A stretch of 52,896 nucleotides of DNA, taken from an uncultured Clostridia bacterium (GTDB lineage: Bacteria; Bacillota; Clostridia; Christensenellales; UBA1242). The notes under the pieces are model-generated. The model was not told the DNA's origin and did not search any database. It saw only the letters and a list, made by a program, of their open reading frames with translations. The stretch is from positions 1-52,896 of the forward strand of contig CALATF010000069.1 in NCBI GenBank assembly GCA_937891595.1, in the 5' to 3' direction. Of the stretch, positions 44,060 to 52,896 are shown one piece after another. The position numbers were made by a program, and so were the translations under genes. Numbering within the stretch: position 1 is the stretch's first letter; each line of letters starts with the position of its first letter.

Positions 44060-45586
44060 ATGAGCAAACAAATTAAATGGGGTATTGTTCTGCAGTACAG
44101 CCAGATGGCAATTAATGCTATTATAAAGCTTTTATATATACCTATAATGTTAGACATTCTAGGTGATACTGAATATGGCATTTATAATTTAGCATCTTCT
44201 ATTATAGGCTATTTAGGTTTATTGTCACTTGGCTTTGGAGCAGCCTATATAAAATTTTATTCAAAATATAAATCACAAGAAGATATTGAAGGAATAAAAA
44301 AACTAAATGGATTGTACTTAATAGTTTTTTCTATTATGGGTTTAATATCTTTAGTAGTAGGTCTAATTTTGGCTTTTAATGTTAGCTGGTTTTTTAATAG
44401 TGCATATAGTGCTAATGATTTATACATTGCAAAAGTTTTAATGATTTTTTGTAGTATAAATTTGGCGGTGTCTTTCCCTTATAGTGTATTTTCTTCATAT
44501 ATTTCTAGCCAAGAAAAATTTATATATCAAAAGCTTGTTAATATTATTACTACCATTATTAGCCCTTGCGTAACAATATTTTTACTTTTTTCTGGTTATG
44601 GCTCGATAGGTATGGTGGTTGGCACTTCAATTATCACACTTATAGCTCATGTTATAAACATAACTTATTGTTTTACTAAATTAAAAATGAAATTTGCTTT
44701 TGGCAAAATTGATTTTTCACTTTTAAAAGAAATAGCAGTGTTTTCAGTTTTTATTGCAATAAATCAAATTATAGACCAGTTAAACTGGCAAACAGATAAG
44801 GTTATACTTGGTAAAACAATTAATGGTGTTGCGGTTGCTGTTTATGCAATAGCTTCAACTATAAATAATATTTTTATTAATTTTTCAACAGCAATTTCTG
44901 GTGTGTTTACCCCAAAAATACATAGAATTGTAAGTAAAAAGGAAGAAAATATGACCCTTCAGTTTTCTGACCTTATGATAAAAGTTGGTAGGTTGCAGTT
45001 CTTTGTAATAATGTTAGTATTAACAGGATTTATATTCTTTGGTAAATATTTTATATCTATTTGGGCAGGGGATGATTATACGATATCTTACTATATTGCG
45101 TTATTATTAATCTGTCCGGAAACAATTGCTTTAATTCAAAGTTTAGGTATAGAAATTAGACGAGCTATGAATGAACATAAAATTGTTAGTTTAATTATGC
45201 TGGGCATGGCAGTGTTAAATGTTGTACTATCTGTTATATTCGTAAGATTTTGGGGAGTGCTAGGCGTAGCATTTGGAACAACACTTTCTTTAATTTTTAA
45301 TACAATTATTGTTAATATATTTTACAAAGTTAAACTTAAACTTCATATAGGTAGATTTTGGAAAAGTATATTAAAAATTTTACCCGGTTTAATTTTACCA
45401 ACTGCTTTAGGTGTTTTATTTATGATATTCTTACCACCTACAAGTATTTTAATGTTCTTTATTCAAATAATAATATATTCATTAGTATATTCCATTAGTA
45501 TATTTTTACTTGGTTTTAACAAGGAAGAAAAAAGTTTTGTAAAAGGAATTTTTAAAAAGAAAATAAAAAACTCTACTGAAAATTAA
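44060..45586 (+). CDS. wzx: Oligosaccharide/polysaccharide flippase (Wzx, MOP superfamily)
   Basis: About 12-14 hydrophobic helices. The N-terminal pattern IKLLYIPIMLDILGDTEYGIYNLASSIIGYL is typical of the Polysacc_synt family. Lies 13 nt downstream of the previous gene. Confidence 0.75.
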   Translation: MSKQIKWGIVLQYSQMAINAIIKLLYIPIMLDILGDTEYGIYNLASSIIGYLGLLSLGFGAAYIKFYSKYKSQEDIEGIKKLNGLYLIVFSIMGLISLVVGLILAFNVSWFFNSAYSANDLYIAKVLMIFCSINLAVSFPYSVFSSYISSQEKFIYQKLVNIITTIISPCVTIFLLFSGYGSIGMVVGTSIITLIAHVINITYCFTKLKMKFAFGKIDFSLLKEIAVFSVFIAINQIIDQLNWQTDKVILGKTINGVAVAVYAIASTINNIFINFSTAISGVFTPKIHRIVSKKEENMTLQFSDLMIKVGRLQFFVIMLVLTGFIFFGKYFISIWAGDDYTISYYIALLLICPETIALIQSLGIEIRRAMNEHKIVSLIMLGMAVLNVVLSVIFVRFWGVLGVAFGTTLSLIFNTIIVNIFYKVKLKLHIGRFWKSILKILPGLILPTALGVLFMIFLPPTSILMFFIQIIIYSLVYSISIFLLGFNKEEKSFVKGIFKKKIKNSTEN

Positions 45587-45600
45587 TAGTAGAGTTTTTT
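45565..45600. terminator. Bidirectional terminator between the convergent flippase and GT2 genes
   Basis: ctctact (45571-45577) pairs with agtagag (45588-45594), extended by A6/T6 runs. The flippase stop codon lies in the loop. Confidence 0.7.
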
Positions 45601-45604
45601 AATA

Positions 45605-46660
45605 TTAGTTGGCGGATTTGCCATATTTAAATATTTTCAACATCATTCTTAATATAGGTAACATCCTCATTTTTATTAAGCAATAACATATTTGTTTTTT
45701 ATAAGAAATAAATTTTGTATTAAAAACAAGTTTTCCGTTTTTTAAAAGTTTCTTAATAAATGGGTCTTTATATAGTTGTTTAATTTCATACTTAGGAGCA
45801 TTACCTAGGATGTGCCTATAAAATATTGTTGTTAAATAATCTATAGCACATTTCCTTTTAATAATGTTCAAAGTTTTATTAGATATGTTCTTATTATTAC
45901 TTAAAGTAATTAACTCGTTATCATATAAAGTTTGATGACTAAATACTATTTTATTATAATTTTTACTGCTAGTTAAAGCAGAGTTTGGTGTTTGATAGTA
46001 ATTATATAAGTTTTCATCTAATACCTTTACACCGTTACAACAATTTAATGCTCTTAATATAAACTCTTTATCTTCTTGAATTTTTATTCCGGTATTAAAC
46101 TTAAGGTTATTATTTTTTAAAAATTCGTTTCTAAAAATTACTCTCCAGATAGAGCCCATAGTGTTTTGATTTTTGTTGAATTTAGTAGGTCTATAGTAAA
46201 AGGATTCTACTGCATTTTTATCCTTTTCTAATAATAATAGATTAATTTCCTTTACATATTCAATTTCGCCTTTTAATGTAATAAATTTAAATCCGCAAAA
46301 AACTAAATCTATATTATCTTTCATAAGGTTCATCATTTTTTCATACATACTTTCGTCAATAGTATCGTCGCTATCTACAAAAGTTACATATTCGCCGGAG
46401 GCCTTTTCTAAGCCTAAATTTCTAGCAGAACTTACGCCAGCGTTTTCTTTATGTATAACAACAATTCGTTTGTCTTTTTTAGCCCATTCGTCACACAATT
46501 GTGGACATTTGTCGGGAGAGCCGTCGTCTACTAATATAATTTCCAAATTATCGTATGTTTGTTTTGTAACGCTATTTAAACATCTATCTAAATATTTTTC
46601 GACTTTATACACTGGAATAATTACACTAATTTTTGGTAAAGTATTTTTAGAAGTTTTCAT
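45605..46660 (-). CDS. Family 2 glycosyltransferase
   Basis: ISVIIPVYKVEKYLDRCLNSVTKQTYDNLEIILVDDGSPD...VTFVDSDD shows the GT-A fold with DxD. Confidence 0.88.
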   Translation of the reverse strand: MKTSKNTLPKISVIIPVYKVEKYLDRCLNSVTKQTYDNLEIILVDDGSPDKCPQLCDEWAKKDKRIVVIHKENAGVSSARNLGLEKASGEYVTFVDSDDTIDESMYEKMMNLMKDNIDLVFCGFKFITLKGEIEYVKEINLLLLEKDKNAVESFYYRPTKFNKNQNTMGSIWRVIFRNEFLKNNNLKFNTGIKIQEDKEFILRALNCCNGVKVLDENLYNYYQTPNSALTSSKNYNKIVFSHQTLYDNELITLSNNKNISNKTLNIIKRKCAIDYLTTIFYRHILGNAPKYEIKQLYKDPFIKKLLKNGKLVFNTKFISYKKQICYCLIKMRMLPILRMMLKIFKYGKSAN

Positions 46661-46696
46661 TATTTTTCCCTTTTTATGTTTTATAATGTTAAAGGT

Positions 46697-48028
46697 TTAA
46701 ACTTGTAGTTTAGTTTGTTGTAATTGTTGTGGTTTATTGTTTTCTTTTTCTACTGAAGCTATTAATATTAAGGATATGATGTAAATAAAAGTATCCATAA
46801 TTGCAGCTTGGTCGACAATTCCATTTAATTCTATCATGATTATTGAAATTATTAAAAAGAAATTTGAGAAAGTTCCGCTTTTAAAAATTATTTGATATTT
46901 TTTATAATAGAAAAATGTCATTAAGAAAGTGCCTACAATTCCTAATGAAGTTAGCCATTGTAATAGAGTATTATGAGCAGATACTAAATTATGAAAGACA
47001 TGTGTTGTTGGTACTTCTTCTAAACTATAGAAACCTATACCAAAGATAGGAAATTCTTTAAATTTATTCCAGCACCAAGGCCAAAGTTGATCTCTGCCGT
47101 TTAGACTTATACCACGGCTTAATAAAGATTGAATTAATTTATTTATAACCTCAGGTTTAATTATCCAAAATATTGCAATACAAACAAAAGCAAAGCCTAA
47201 TAACATTAAAAATATTTTTTTATTTTGAGATTTTATAAACATGATAATAAATAAAACTAACAATGTTATTGCTGAAAGTAAAAGCATTATTCTGCAGTAA
47301 GTTACAAATATAATAAGGGCAAATAGTAGTGAAAGTAAGAAATATAGCCAGTCTCTTTTTGTTTTGTAACCCAAAGAAAAACAAGAAATTATGCCTAATG
47401 TTAAATAAACACATGCCGCGTTTACATTCTGTAAGCCTATCCAAACAACTTGTCTGGAACTTATAGCTTGTAATATGTTTCCAGTTGCAATAATAGAACT
47501 TACTATTTGTAATGAAATAAAAATTGAACTGCAAATAAATAAATTAAACAAAAATGTTTTAAAATTATTTGTAAAATTAATACAAATCCAGTACAAGACG
47601 TAACAAATAATGCTAATGCCTAAAGTAATAAGAAAGGACAATAAGTTAAAATTTTTATAAATTCCGCCTAATAAAAATGCTATAGTAGAAATAACAAAAG
47701 CCCAAAACATTTTTCCTTTAGTAATTTCTTTATTTTTTATTAAATTTTTAATAATGAAATAAATGATGGAAGAAACGACTAGACAAATAGAAATAATAAA
47801 AAGAACTAAGCTTGCATTAATATCATTAAAAAAATATGGAGCATGAATAATAGCAGCGAAAGTATTTTTTACGTCATTACATAGAATAAAAATTAAGGAT
47901 ACTATAACCGCTAAGATAGGTACGCTTATAAATGGGATATTTAAAATCCACCCAAAAAATCCTATAAATAATATGGCAACAACCATGTATTTAGATTCTA
48001 AAAGGTTTTTAAATTTTTCTAATTTCAT
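46697..48028 (-). CDS. O-antigen ligase/polymerase-family (Wzy_C domain) polytopic membrane protein
   Basis: At least 10 hydrophobic helices, with a loop LNGRDQLWPWCWNKFKEFPIFGIGF...LVSAHNTLLQWLTSLGIVG resembling the Wzy_C signature (R...G.G...HN..L....E.G). Confidence 0.7.
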   Translation of the reverse strand: MKLEKFKNLLESKYMVVAILFIGFFGWILNIPFISVPILAVIVSLIFILCNDVKNTFAAIIHAPYFFNDINASLVLFIISICLVVSSIIYFIIKNLIKNKEITKGKMFWAFVISTIAFLLGGIYKNFNLLSFLITLGISIICYVLYWICINFTNNFKTFLFNLFICSSIFISLQIVSSIIATGNILQAISSRQVVWIGLQNVNAACVYLTLGIISCFSLGYKTKRDWLYFLLSLLFALIIFVTYCRIMLLLSAITLLVLFIIMFIKSQNKKIFLMLLGFAFVCIAIFWIIKPEVINKLIQSLLSRGISLNGRDQLWPWCWNKFKEFPIFGIGFYSLEEVPTTHVFHNLVSAHNTLLQWLTSLGIVGTFLMTFFYYKKYQIIFKSGTFSNFFLIISIIMIELNGIVDQAAIMDTFIYIISLILIASVEKENNKPQQLQQTKLQV

Positions 48029-48155
48029 AATATAAAATTTTACAAGTTATATTTATACGTGTCAACAAAAATGTAATTTTGTTTTAAATATAAATTATTT
48101 AATATAATACTGAAACATAATATATACAACAAGTAGTATAAGTAAATAACTATAT

Positions 48156-48190
48156 AAAAACGACCATGACAAAAATATCATGGTTGTTTT
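48156..48190 (-). terminator. Rho-independent terminator of the ferritin-like gene
   Basis: aaaacgaccatga (48157-48169) pairs with tcatggttgtttt (48178-48190), with one G-U pair. Confidence 0.7.
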
Positions 48191-48196
48191 ATTAAA

Positions 48197-49435
48197 CTAT
48201 CTTGAAATGGTTGTATTGTCTTTTTTTCTATTATCAAGTTCTTCAACAGGGTGAGCGGTGTCTTGATATCTATAATCTTTACCCAGTACAGAAATTGCTT
48301 GCTTTATAACTTCATGGCTAGGAACGTTTTCTTCCTCGCCCTGAATTAAAGAATTTTGATAATAGAAATACCTATCGTTATCCTTTAATTTTGAAATGTC
48401 TTTATAATCTTTATCTTTAGCAGTTAGTGTTATTGTAGTAGCTAAAACTTCACGTATATAATCTTTATGACTGCCTATGCGTAAAAGAATAGGAAATTCG
48501 CCGTCGCCTACAACAGAACAATATTTTTTATTTTCATACTTTTCAAGTAATCTTATAGCTTCTTTTAAATGGGCACATTCCATTTCAAAGTGTTCATACC
48601 AAATATTTTTAATATCGTTGTCTACTTCGTCTTCATAAGCAGAGTAATATAAATAACTTTCGGCATATTCGTGCATTACCCATTGTTCTAGCCAAGTTAA
48701 CGTAGGGTCTTTTAAACTTTCATACTGAGTAACATGTTCTTCTTCTATCATAGCAATTTCGGAATAAAGCTTTCTACCTAAATCGTTTTTATACCATTGA
48801 GCAATGTTCATATAGTAGTTCATAGTTTGTTGTTCTGCGGCGGTAATTGTGCAACCAACTAGTTTACTATATAGTTCTGCTTTTTTAGCGTTCATGCTTG
48901 GTTTCAAATCGTCTACTGGATATCTGTGTTCTGCTATAGTTGGCCTTCCCGGCATAATCTCTGTGTATTCTCCTACAAGGGTTTTAGCATCTATTTCTTT
49001 ATCCATCATTAATAAATTAGAAAATCTATACAAATGGTCAAAGTCTTCAAGCAATGCAAAATTTAATGCTTTTTTATTTGTTGCATCTTTTTCATAAATA
49101 GCAAGAGAGGCTGTTAAATCTACTGCTAATTGTTCATAAGCAATAGTTGTTTCAAGAATACTTTCGTTAATAGGTTTTAGGCAGGCAATACGCTTTTGTT
49201 GCCATTGTTCTTGACGGCGAATAGTTGCAAGACTTTCTAATATTTCTGGTTCGTTACAATGTCTTGCAAACTGGTGCATAAACCAAACGGACTCATATTC
49301 AGTGCCATTCATTAATATTACCCTTGTTTTAGTGTAAGGGTGTGCTTTATTCTTATTGTATGCTTTTGGATACATTTTTTTAAAACTATAAAAATAATTA
49401 TCCAGTTCTTTTGTTTCATGATTAATAGGATTCAT
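48197..49435 (-). CDS. Ferritin-like / di-iron-carboxylate-type protein of unknown function (412 aa)
   Basis: Helix-rich, with spaced Glu/His motifs (GTEYESVWFMHQFARH, LEDFDHLYRF, AAEQQTMNYY, IEEEHVTQYE, HEYAESYLYY) reminiscent of four-helix-bundle di-iron sites. The family assignment is tentative. Confidence 0.4.
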   Translation of the reverse strand: MNPINHETKELDNYFYSFKKMYPKAYNKNKAHPYTKTRVILMNGTEYESVWFMHQFARHCNEPEILESLATIRRQEQWQQKRIACLKPINESILETTIAYEQLAVDLTASLAIYEKDATNKKALNFALLEDFDHLYRFSNLLMMDKEIDAKTLVGEYTEIMPGRPTIAEHRYPVDDLKPSMNAKKAELYSKLVGCTITAAEQQTMNYYMNIAQWYKNDLGRKLYSEIAMIEEEHVTQYESLKDPTLTWLEQWVMHEYAESYLYYSAYEDEVDNDIKNIWYEHFEMECAHLKEAIRLLEKYENKKYCSVVGDGEFPILLRIGSHKDYIREVLATTITLTAKDKDYKDISKLKDNDRYFYYQNSLIQGEEENVPSHEVIKQAISVLGKDYRYQDTAHPVEELDNRKKDNTTISR

Positions 49436-49620
49436 TCTTTTTTTACCTCCGTTAAAATTATTTGCCGTAATTAAAAAATATATTCTATTAAAATTTGGTT
49501 AAATTAAAAATAATTTAAAAGGCGAAAATTTTTAATTTTGTAATAAAAGTCGACAAAATAGGAAAGTATAATTGATGAAATTAAACACAAATTAAAAATG
49601 TAGAAAGGAGAAATAAAAAA

Positions 49621-50577
49621 ATGAAAAAATTTATAATGTGTTTAAGTTTTATTTTAGCTTGTGTTTTATCTATTAGCTTTTTTACTTCGCAAAACATAGG
49701 GAATAAAAATTTTGTAAGGGCAAATAGTTTAAACAATGAAAAAATGCTTATAGTTGTGGGAATGGGAGAAGTAGAAGTTATGCCAGACACCATTCAGATT
49801 AATTTTGGTTTAAAAACCAGGGCAGATAGTTTGGTAGACGGACAGTTAAAAATGAACGAAAATATTGATAAAGTAACCCAAAAAATTAAAGAGTTTGATA
49901 AAGATGCAACAGTATTAATTAGTTATTCATCTTCTTATCCTGTTAGTGAAAATGGTATGCTTACTTATGAATTTGATTGTCATCTTATTGTTAAATCTGG
50001 CATGGTAGAATCTTCAAACGAATTAATAGAAACAATTATAAGTGCAGGTGCAACAAGTGTTCATCATGCTAGTTATTCATTAACTAATAAAGAAGATAGC
50101 TATGTTCAAGCTTTAGTTAATGCAAAAAACAACGCAAACAAAAAAGTAGAAGCTATGTATAAAGATGCTACTTTTATGGGTTTAAAAGAAGAAAGTGTTT
50201 ATAATTATTGCGATAATAGTAGGGGCGAAAAAATTAAAGTTTGTGCAAAAGTAAAAGCTTTTTATCAAATAACTGATAGCACAAACCAAAATACAACTAC
50301 AAATACTTTTAAGGAAGAAACAAAAACAGAAGAAGTTTCAAATATATCAAGCGATAAACAACAAAATGAAGAAAATTTACCACAAAGCAAGCAAGAACAA
50401 ACTCAAGTAGTAGAAAATAAAACTAACAAAGCATCTAACGAAAAAAATGCAAATAATTCAGAAGATTTAAAAGCAACATCTAATAACACAGTAGTAACAG
50501 CAGATAATACTATTGTTAGAACAGATAATTTAGTAAATAATGAGCAATCTAAAATACAAACAGAAGAAGTGGCTTAA
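49621..50577 (+). CDS. SIMPL (DUF541) domain protein, probable lipoprotein, with low-complexity C-terminal tail
   Basis: The signal MKKFIMCLSFILAC carries a lipobox-like I-L-A-C. VVGMGEVEVMPDTIQINFGLKTRADS is the SIMPL N-terminal signature. C-terminal 100 aa are N/Q/E/T-rich. Confidence 0.7.
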   Translation: MKKFIMCLSFILACVLSISFFTSQNIGNKNFVRANSLNNEKMLIVVGMGEVEVMPDTIQINFGLKTRADSLVDGQLKMNENIDKVTQKIKEFDKDATVLISYSSSYPVSENGMLTYEFDCHLIVKSGMVESSNELIETIISAGATSVHHASYSLTNKEDSYVQALVNAKNNANKKVEAMYKDATFMGLKEESVYNYCDNSRGEKIKVCAKVKAFYQITDSTNQNTTTNTFKEETKTEEVSNISSDKQQNEENLPQSKQEQTQVVENKTNKASNEKNANNSEDLKATSNNTVVTADNTIVRTDNLVNNEQSKIQTEEVA

Positions 50578-50583
50578 TAAATT

Positions 50584-50619
50584 AAAAACCTTAGCTTATG
50601 TTTAAGCTAAGGTTTTTTT
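50584..50619. terminator. Bidirectional terminator between convergent genes
   Basis: ccttagctt (50589-50597) pairs with aagctaagg (50604-50612), flanked by A5 and T7 runs. Confidence 0.8.
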
Positions 50620-50632
50620 ATATGTGCAAAAA

Positions 50633-51073
50633 TTAAATTTCTATGTTTTCAATAATCTCAAAAAGTTCATTTTGGTTTGAATAATAATGAACTTTAGAAT
50701 TTGGAAAAGCTCCTAAAACCATATTTGATATTTGTGTACCTTGTTTTGCAACTAAAAATACTTTTTTATTATATTCTTTTGCAATACCTAGTTCCATTCC
50801 TACACCAAAGGATTTATTAGATAAATTTACAAATAAAAGGTCTGCTTCTTTAACAAAATTTAAATCATAATTTACCATAGCGGTGACTGATTGTAAAAAT
50901 GTACAATTTTTATTATTTTTTAAAAAGTCTTTTTGATAATTTTCAATATCAACGGGTTCTATAATTTGCAAATCTTTAAATTTATTTAGTAGAGTGGTTT
51001 TAACTTTAGAATAACTTTTAATGTCTTCTTGGTTGGTGTCAAAAAAAGCACCCATTACAAATATTTTTTTCAT
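50633..51073 (-). CDS. Nucleoside 2-deoxyribosyltransferase-like protein
   Basis: Flavodoxin-like layout: N-terminal KIFVMGAFF and the late motif SFGVGMELGIAKEYNKKVFLV (G..E.G.A....K.V), as in the NDT-like family. Tentative. Confidence 0.5.
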   Translation of the reverse strand: MKKIFVMGAFFDTNQEDIKSYSKVKTTLLNKFKDLQIIEPVDIENYQKDFLKNNKNCTFLQSVTAMVNYDLNFVKEADLLFVNLSNKSFGVGMELGIAKEYNKKVFLVAKQGTQISNMVLGAFPNSKVHYYSNQNELFEIIENIEI

Positions 51074-51205
51074 ATTTTTAATCCTTTTAAAAATTATAAT
51101 ATTAAAAATTAAAGAGTGTCAAACTTTTTAAAAATAATAAACATTTTAAAATTAAATAACTAAAATATTAAAAGTAAACAACGCTGTTTGTTTTGTTGTT
51201 TTTAT

Positions 51206-51234
51206 TTGATTTTTTTAAAATAAAATTTTACAAT
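51206..51234 (+). promoter_or_regulatory. Putative malQ promoter TTGATT-17-TACAAT
   Basis: ttgatt at 51206-51211 and tacaat at 51229-51234. AGGAG at 51240-44, ATG at 51251. Confidence 0.45.
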
Positions 51235-51250
51235 TAATTAGGAGATTTTT

Positions 51251-52711
51251 ATGCAAAGAAGCAGTGGAATTTTACTTCATATATCATCATTACCAAACAA
51301 ATTTGGCTTTGGTTGTTTTTCAAAAGAAGCATATGATTTTGTAGATTTTTTGCATGATACTAATCAAAAATTTTGGCAAGTTTTACCTATAAATCCAACA
51401 AATGATAGTGGTTCTCCATTTCAATGTTATTCAGTATTTGCAGGTAACATTTGTTTTATAGACTTAACTGAATATTTAACAGAAAAAGAGCTTATTAAAC
51501 TGGATGTAAAAAAACTTAAAAAACTTGATTTTAATAAAATTTATGAGCAAAGATTTAATGCTTTAAAATATATTTATAAAAGAGATTTTAAAGATACAAA
51601 CTTAACTAAATTTATTGAAGAAAATAAATTTTGGCTAATTGATTTTGCAGTATTTATGGCATTGAAAGAAGATTATAAAACTTCTTTTTATAATTTTCCT
51701 GAAAAATATAAAAATTACGATAAAACAGCAATAGAAAAATATAAACTAAAAAATAAAAACAAAATTAATTTTTATATTTTTACACAATATTTATTTTTTA
51801 ACCAGTGGGAAAGGTTGAAAAAATATGCACAAAAAAAAGGTATAAAAATTATAGGTGACATTGCTTTTTATCCTGCCAGTGATAGTTGTGATGTTTGGGC
51901 AAATAAAAAAGAGTTTTGTTTTGATGATGCCGGCAATCCGCTTGCTGTTGGTGGAGTTCCTCCAGATTATTTTAGCAAGGACGGGCAACTTTGGGGTAAC
52001 CCTATATATAATGTTGAAAATATGAAAAAAAATAAATATAAATGGTGGGTAAAAAGATTTAAGCATGCTTATAAATTTTTTGATGTTGCAAGACTTGACC
52101 ACTTTAGAGGGTTTGAATCGTTTTGGGCATGTCCAGTTAAAGCACAAAATGCAAAAGTTGGTAAATGGATAAAAGGTTTAGGAAAACCCTTTTTTGACGT
52201 TTTATTTAAATATAAAAATATTCCTCAGTTTATTGCAGAAGACTTGGGAATTATAACCGAAAAAGTAAATACTCTTATAAACAAGACAGGACTTCCTGGA
52301 ATGAAAGTTTTTCAATTTGCATTTGATGGCAATAAAAAAAATAGTTATTTTCCACATAATTACATAAATAATTGTGTAGCTTATCTTGGCACGCATGACA
52401 ATAATACTTTTGTAGGATTTTTGAAAGAACTTGATAATCAAACTTTAACAAAAGTAAAACAATATTTAGGAAAAGAGGAAAACGCTACTTTTGAAGAACT
52501 TACAGATATGGCAATTAGTTTTTTAATGAACTCACGTGCAGACGTTGTAATTTTTACAATTCAAGACCTTTTATATTTAGATGAAAAGTTTAGAATGAAT
52601 ACACCCGGAACAATACAAAACAACTGGGGATTTATGTTGAATAAAAATTACTTATCAAAAGAATTAACCCAAAGGCTAAAAAGAATAACTTTTATTGCTA
52701 ACAGGAATTAA
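51251..52711 (+). CDS. malQ: 4-alpha-glucanotransferase (amylomaltase, GH77)
   Basis: The N-terminal RSSGILLHISSLPNKFGFG, plus RLDHFRGF and YLGTHDNNT, are canonical GH77 motifs. Confidence 0.9.
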   Translation: MQRSSGILLHISSLPNKFGFGCFSKEAYDFVDFLHDTNQKFWQVLPINPTNDSGSPFQCYSVFAGNICFIDLTEYLTEKELIKLDVKKLKKLDFNKIYEQRFNALKYIYKRDFKDTNLTKFIEENKFWLIDFAVFMALKEDYKTSFYNFPEKYKNYDKTAIEKYKLKNKNKINFYIFTQYLFFNQWERLKKYAQKKGIKIIGDIAFYPASDSCDVWANKKEFCFDDAGNPLAVGGVPPDYFSKDGQLWGNPIYNVENMKKNKYKWWVKRFKHAYKFFDVARLDHFRGFESFWACPVKAQNAKVGKWIKGLGKPFFDVLFKYKNIPQFIAEDLGIITEKVNTLINKTGLPGMKVFQFAFDGNKKNSYFPHNYINNCVAYLGTHDNNTFVGFLKELDNQTLTKVKQYLGKEENATFEELTDMAISFLMNSRADVVIFTIQDLLYLDEKFRMNTPGTIQNNWGFMLNKNYLSKELTQRLKRITFIANRN

Positions 52712-52794
52712 AACTTTTAAAAATTTTGACAATTTGTTTTGTTTTTAAGTAATAATATATTAAATTAATATAATAGGTATAATAGGAGTGATTA

Positions 52795-52896
52795 ATGCTG
52801 GATAAAGAAAAACAATTATATTTGTTTAATCAAGGCACTTATTATCATGCTTACGAACTTCTTGGTTGCCACTTTGATACTGTAAAAGGTGGTAAA
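52795..52896 (+). CDS. glgB: 1,4-alpha-glucan branching enzyme, 3'-partial (first 34 codons)
   Basis: AGGAG at 52784-88, ATG at 52795. MLDKEKQLYLFNQGTYYHAYELLGCHF resembles GlgB N-termini (LFNEG.H...YE.LGAH). The glycogen-metabolism context next to malQ supports the call. Confidence 0.65.
   Translation, partial: MLDKEKQLYLFNQGTYYHAYELLGCHFDTVKGGK

Noticed and set aside
47220-47534. 104-aa minus-strand ORF inside the Wzy_C-family gene, plus the ORFs at 46470-46700, 42978-43313, 48849-49097, 51791-52147, 52202-52441, 49581-49793, 30710-30895, 34567-34749, 35741-36142 and 22422-22607
   Set aside because: All are overlapped by longer ORFs that have clear family signatures or coherent architecture. 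They have no SD or motifs of their own and are treated as spurious.
1-52896. Prophage, IS element, integrative element, tRNA or rRNA genes
   Set aside because: No integrase, transposase, terminase or capsid-like ORF was seen, and no GC-rich structured RNA-like segment occurs in any intergenic gap (all gaps are under 300 bp and A/T-rich). Only the isolated tail-fibre-like ORF at 40686 hints at phage ancestry.

Overview
AT-rich (about 30% GC judged by eye, not computed), standard genetic code (long ORFs intact with TGA as a stop, Trp as TGG). GGAGG-type Shine-Dalgarno sites and many rho-independent terminators are present. Together with spoVG, murC, rpmE, metG and dtd this indicates a Bacillota-like monoderm chromosome. 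About 55% of the window (29.2 of 52.9 kb) encodes four very large, monocistronic, repeat-rich surface proteins. (1) A giant ORF that runs off the 5' edge (at least 5687 codons), with a Pmp-like beta-helix segment, dozens of Ig-like/MBG-like modules, a 16-unit tandem array, a C-terminal TM helix and a poly-Asn tail. (2) A 1077-aa GLUG-motif protein with an N-terminal signal anchor. (3) A 757-aa MBG-like protein with a lipobox-like signal and a C-terminal TM helix. (4) A 2214-aa lipoprotein with Big_2 and MBG(YGX)-like repeats. None shows LPXTG, SLH, LysM or choline-binding wall anchors. They are interleaved with housekeeping genes: spoVG, murC, rpmE, tsaC-type, a PEBP-family gene, metG, dtd, malQ and glgB. 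The window also holds a tightly overlapping HAD-nucleotidase/nucleoside-hydrolase/DUF5662 operon and two orphan proteins (413 aa cytoplasmic; 333 aa coiled-coil plus jelly-roll, phage-tail-fibre-like). A minimal convergent glycan cassette comprises a pyruvyl-transferase::FrhB-like fusion, a Wzx flippase, a GT2 and a Wzy_C/O-antigen-ligase-family protein. I saw no mobile elements, CRISPR arrays, tRNA or rRNA. All domain calls come from motif recognition by eye; no HMM or BLAST was run.
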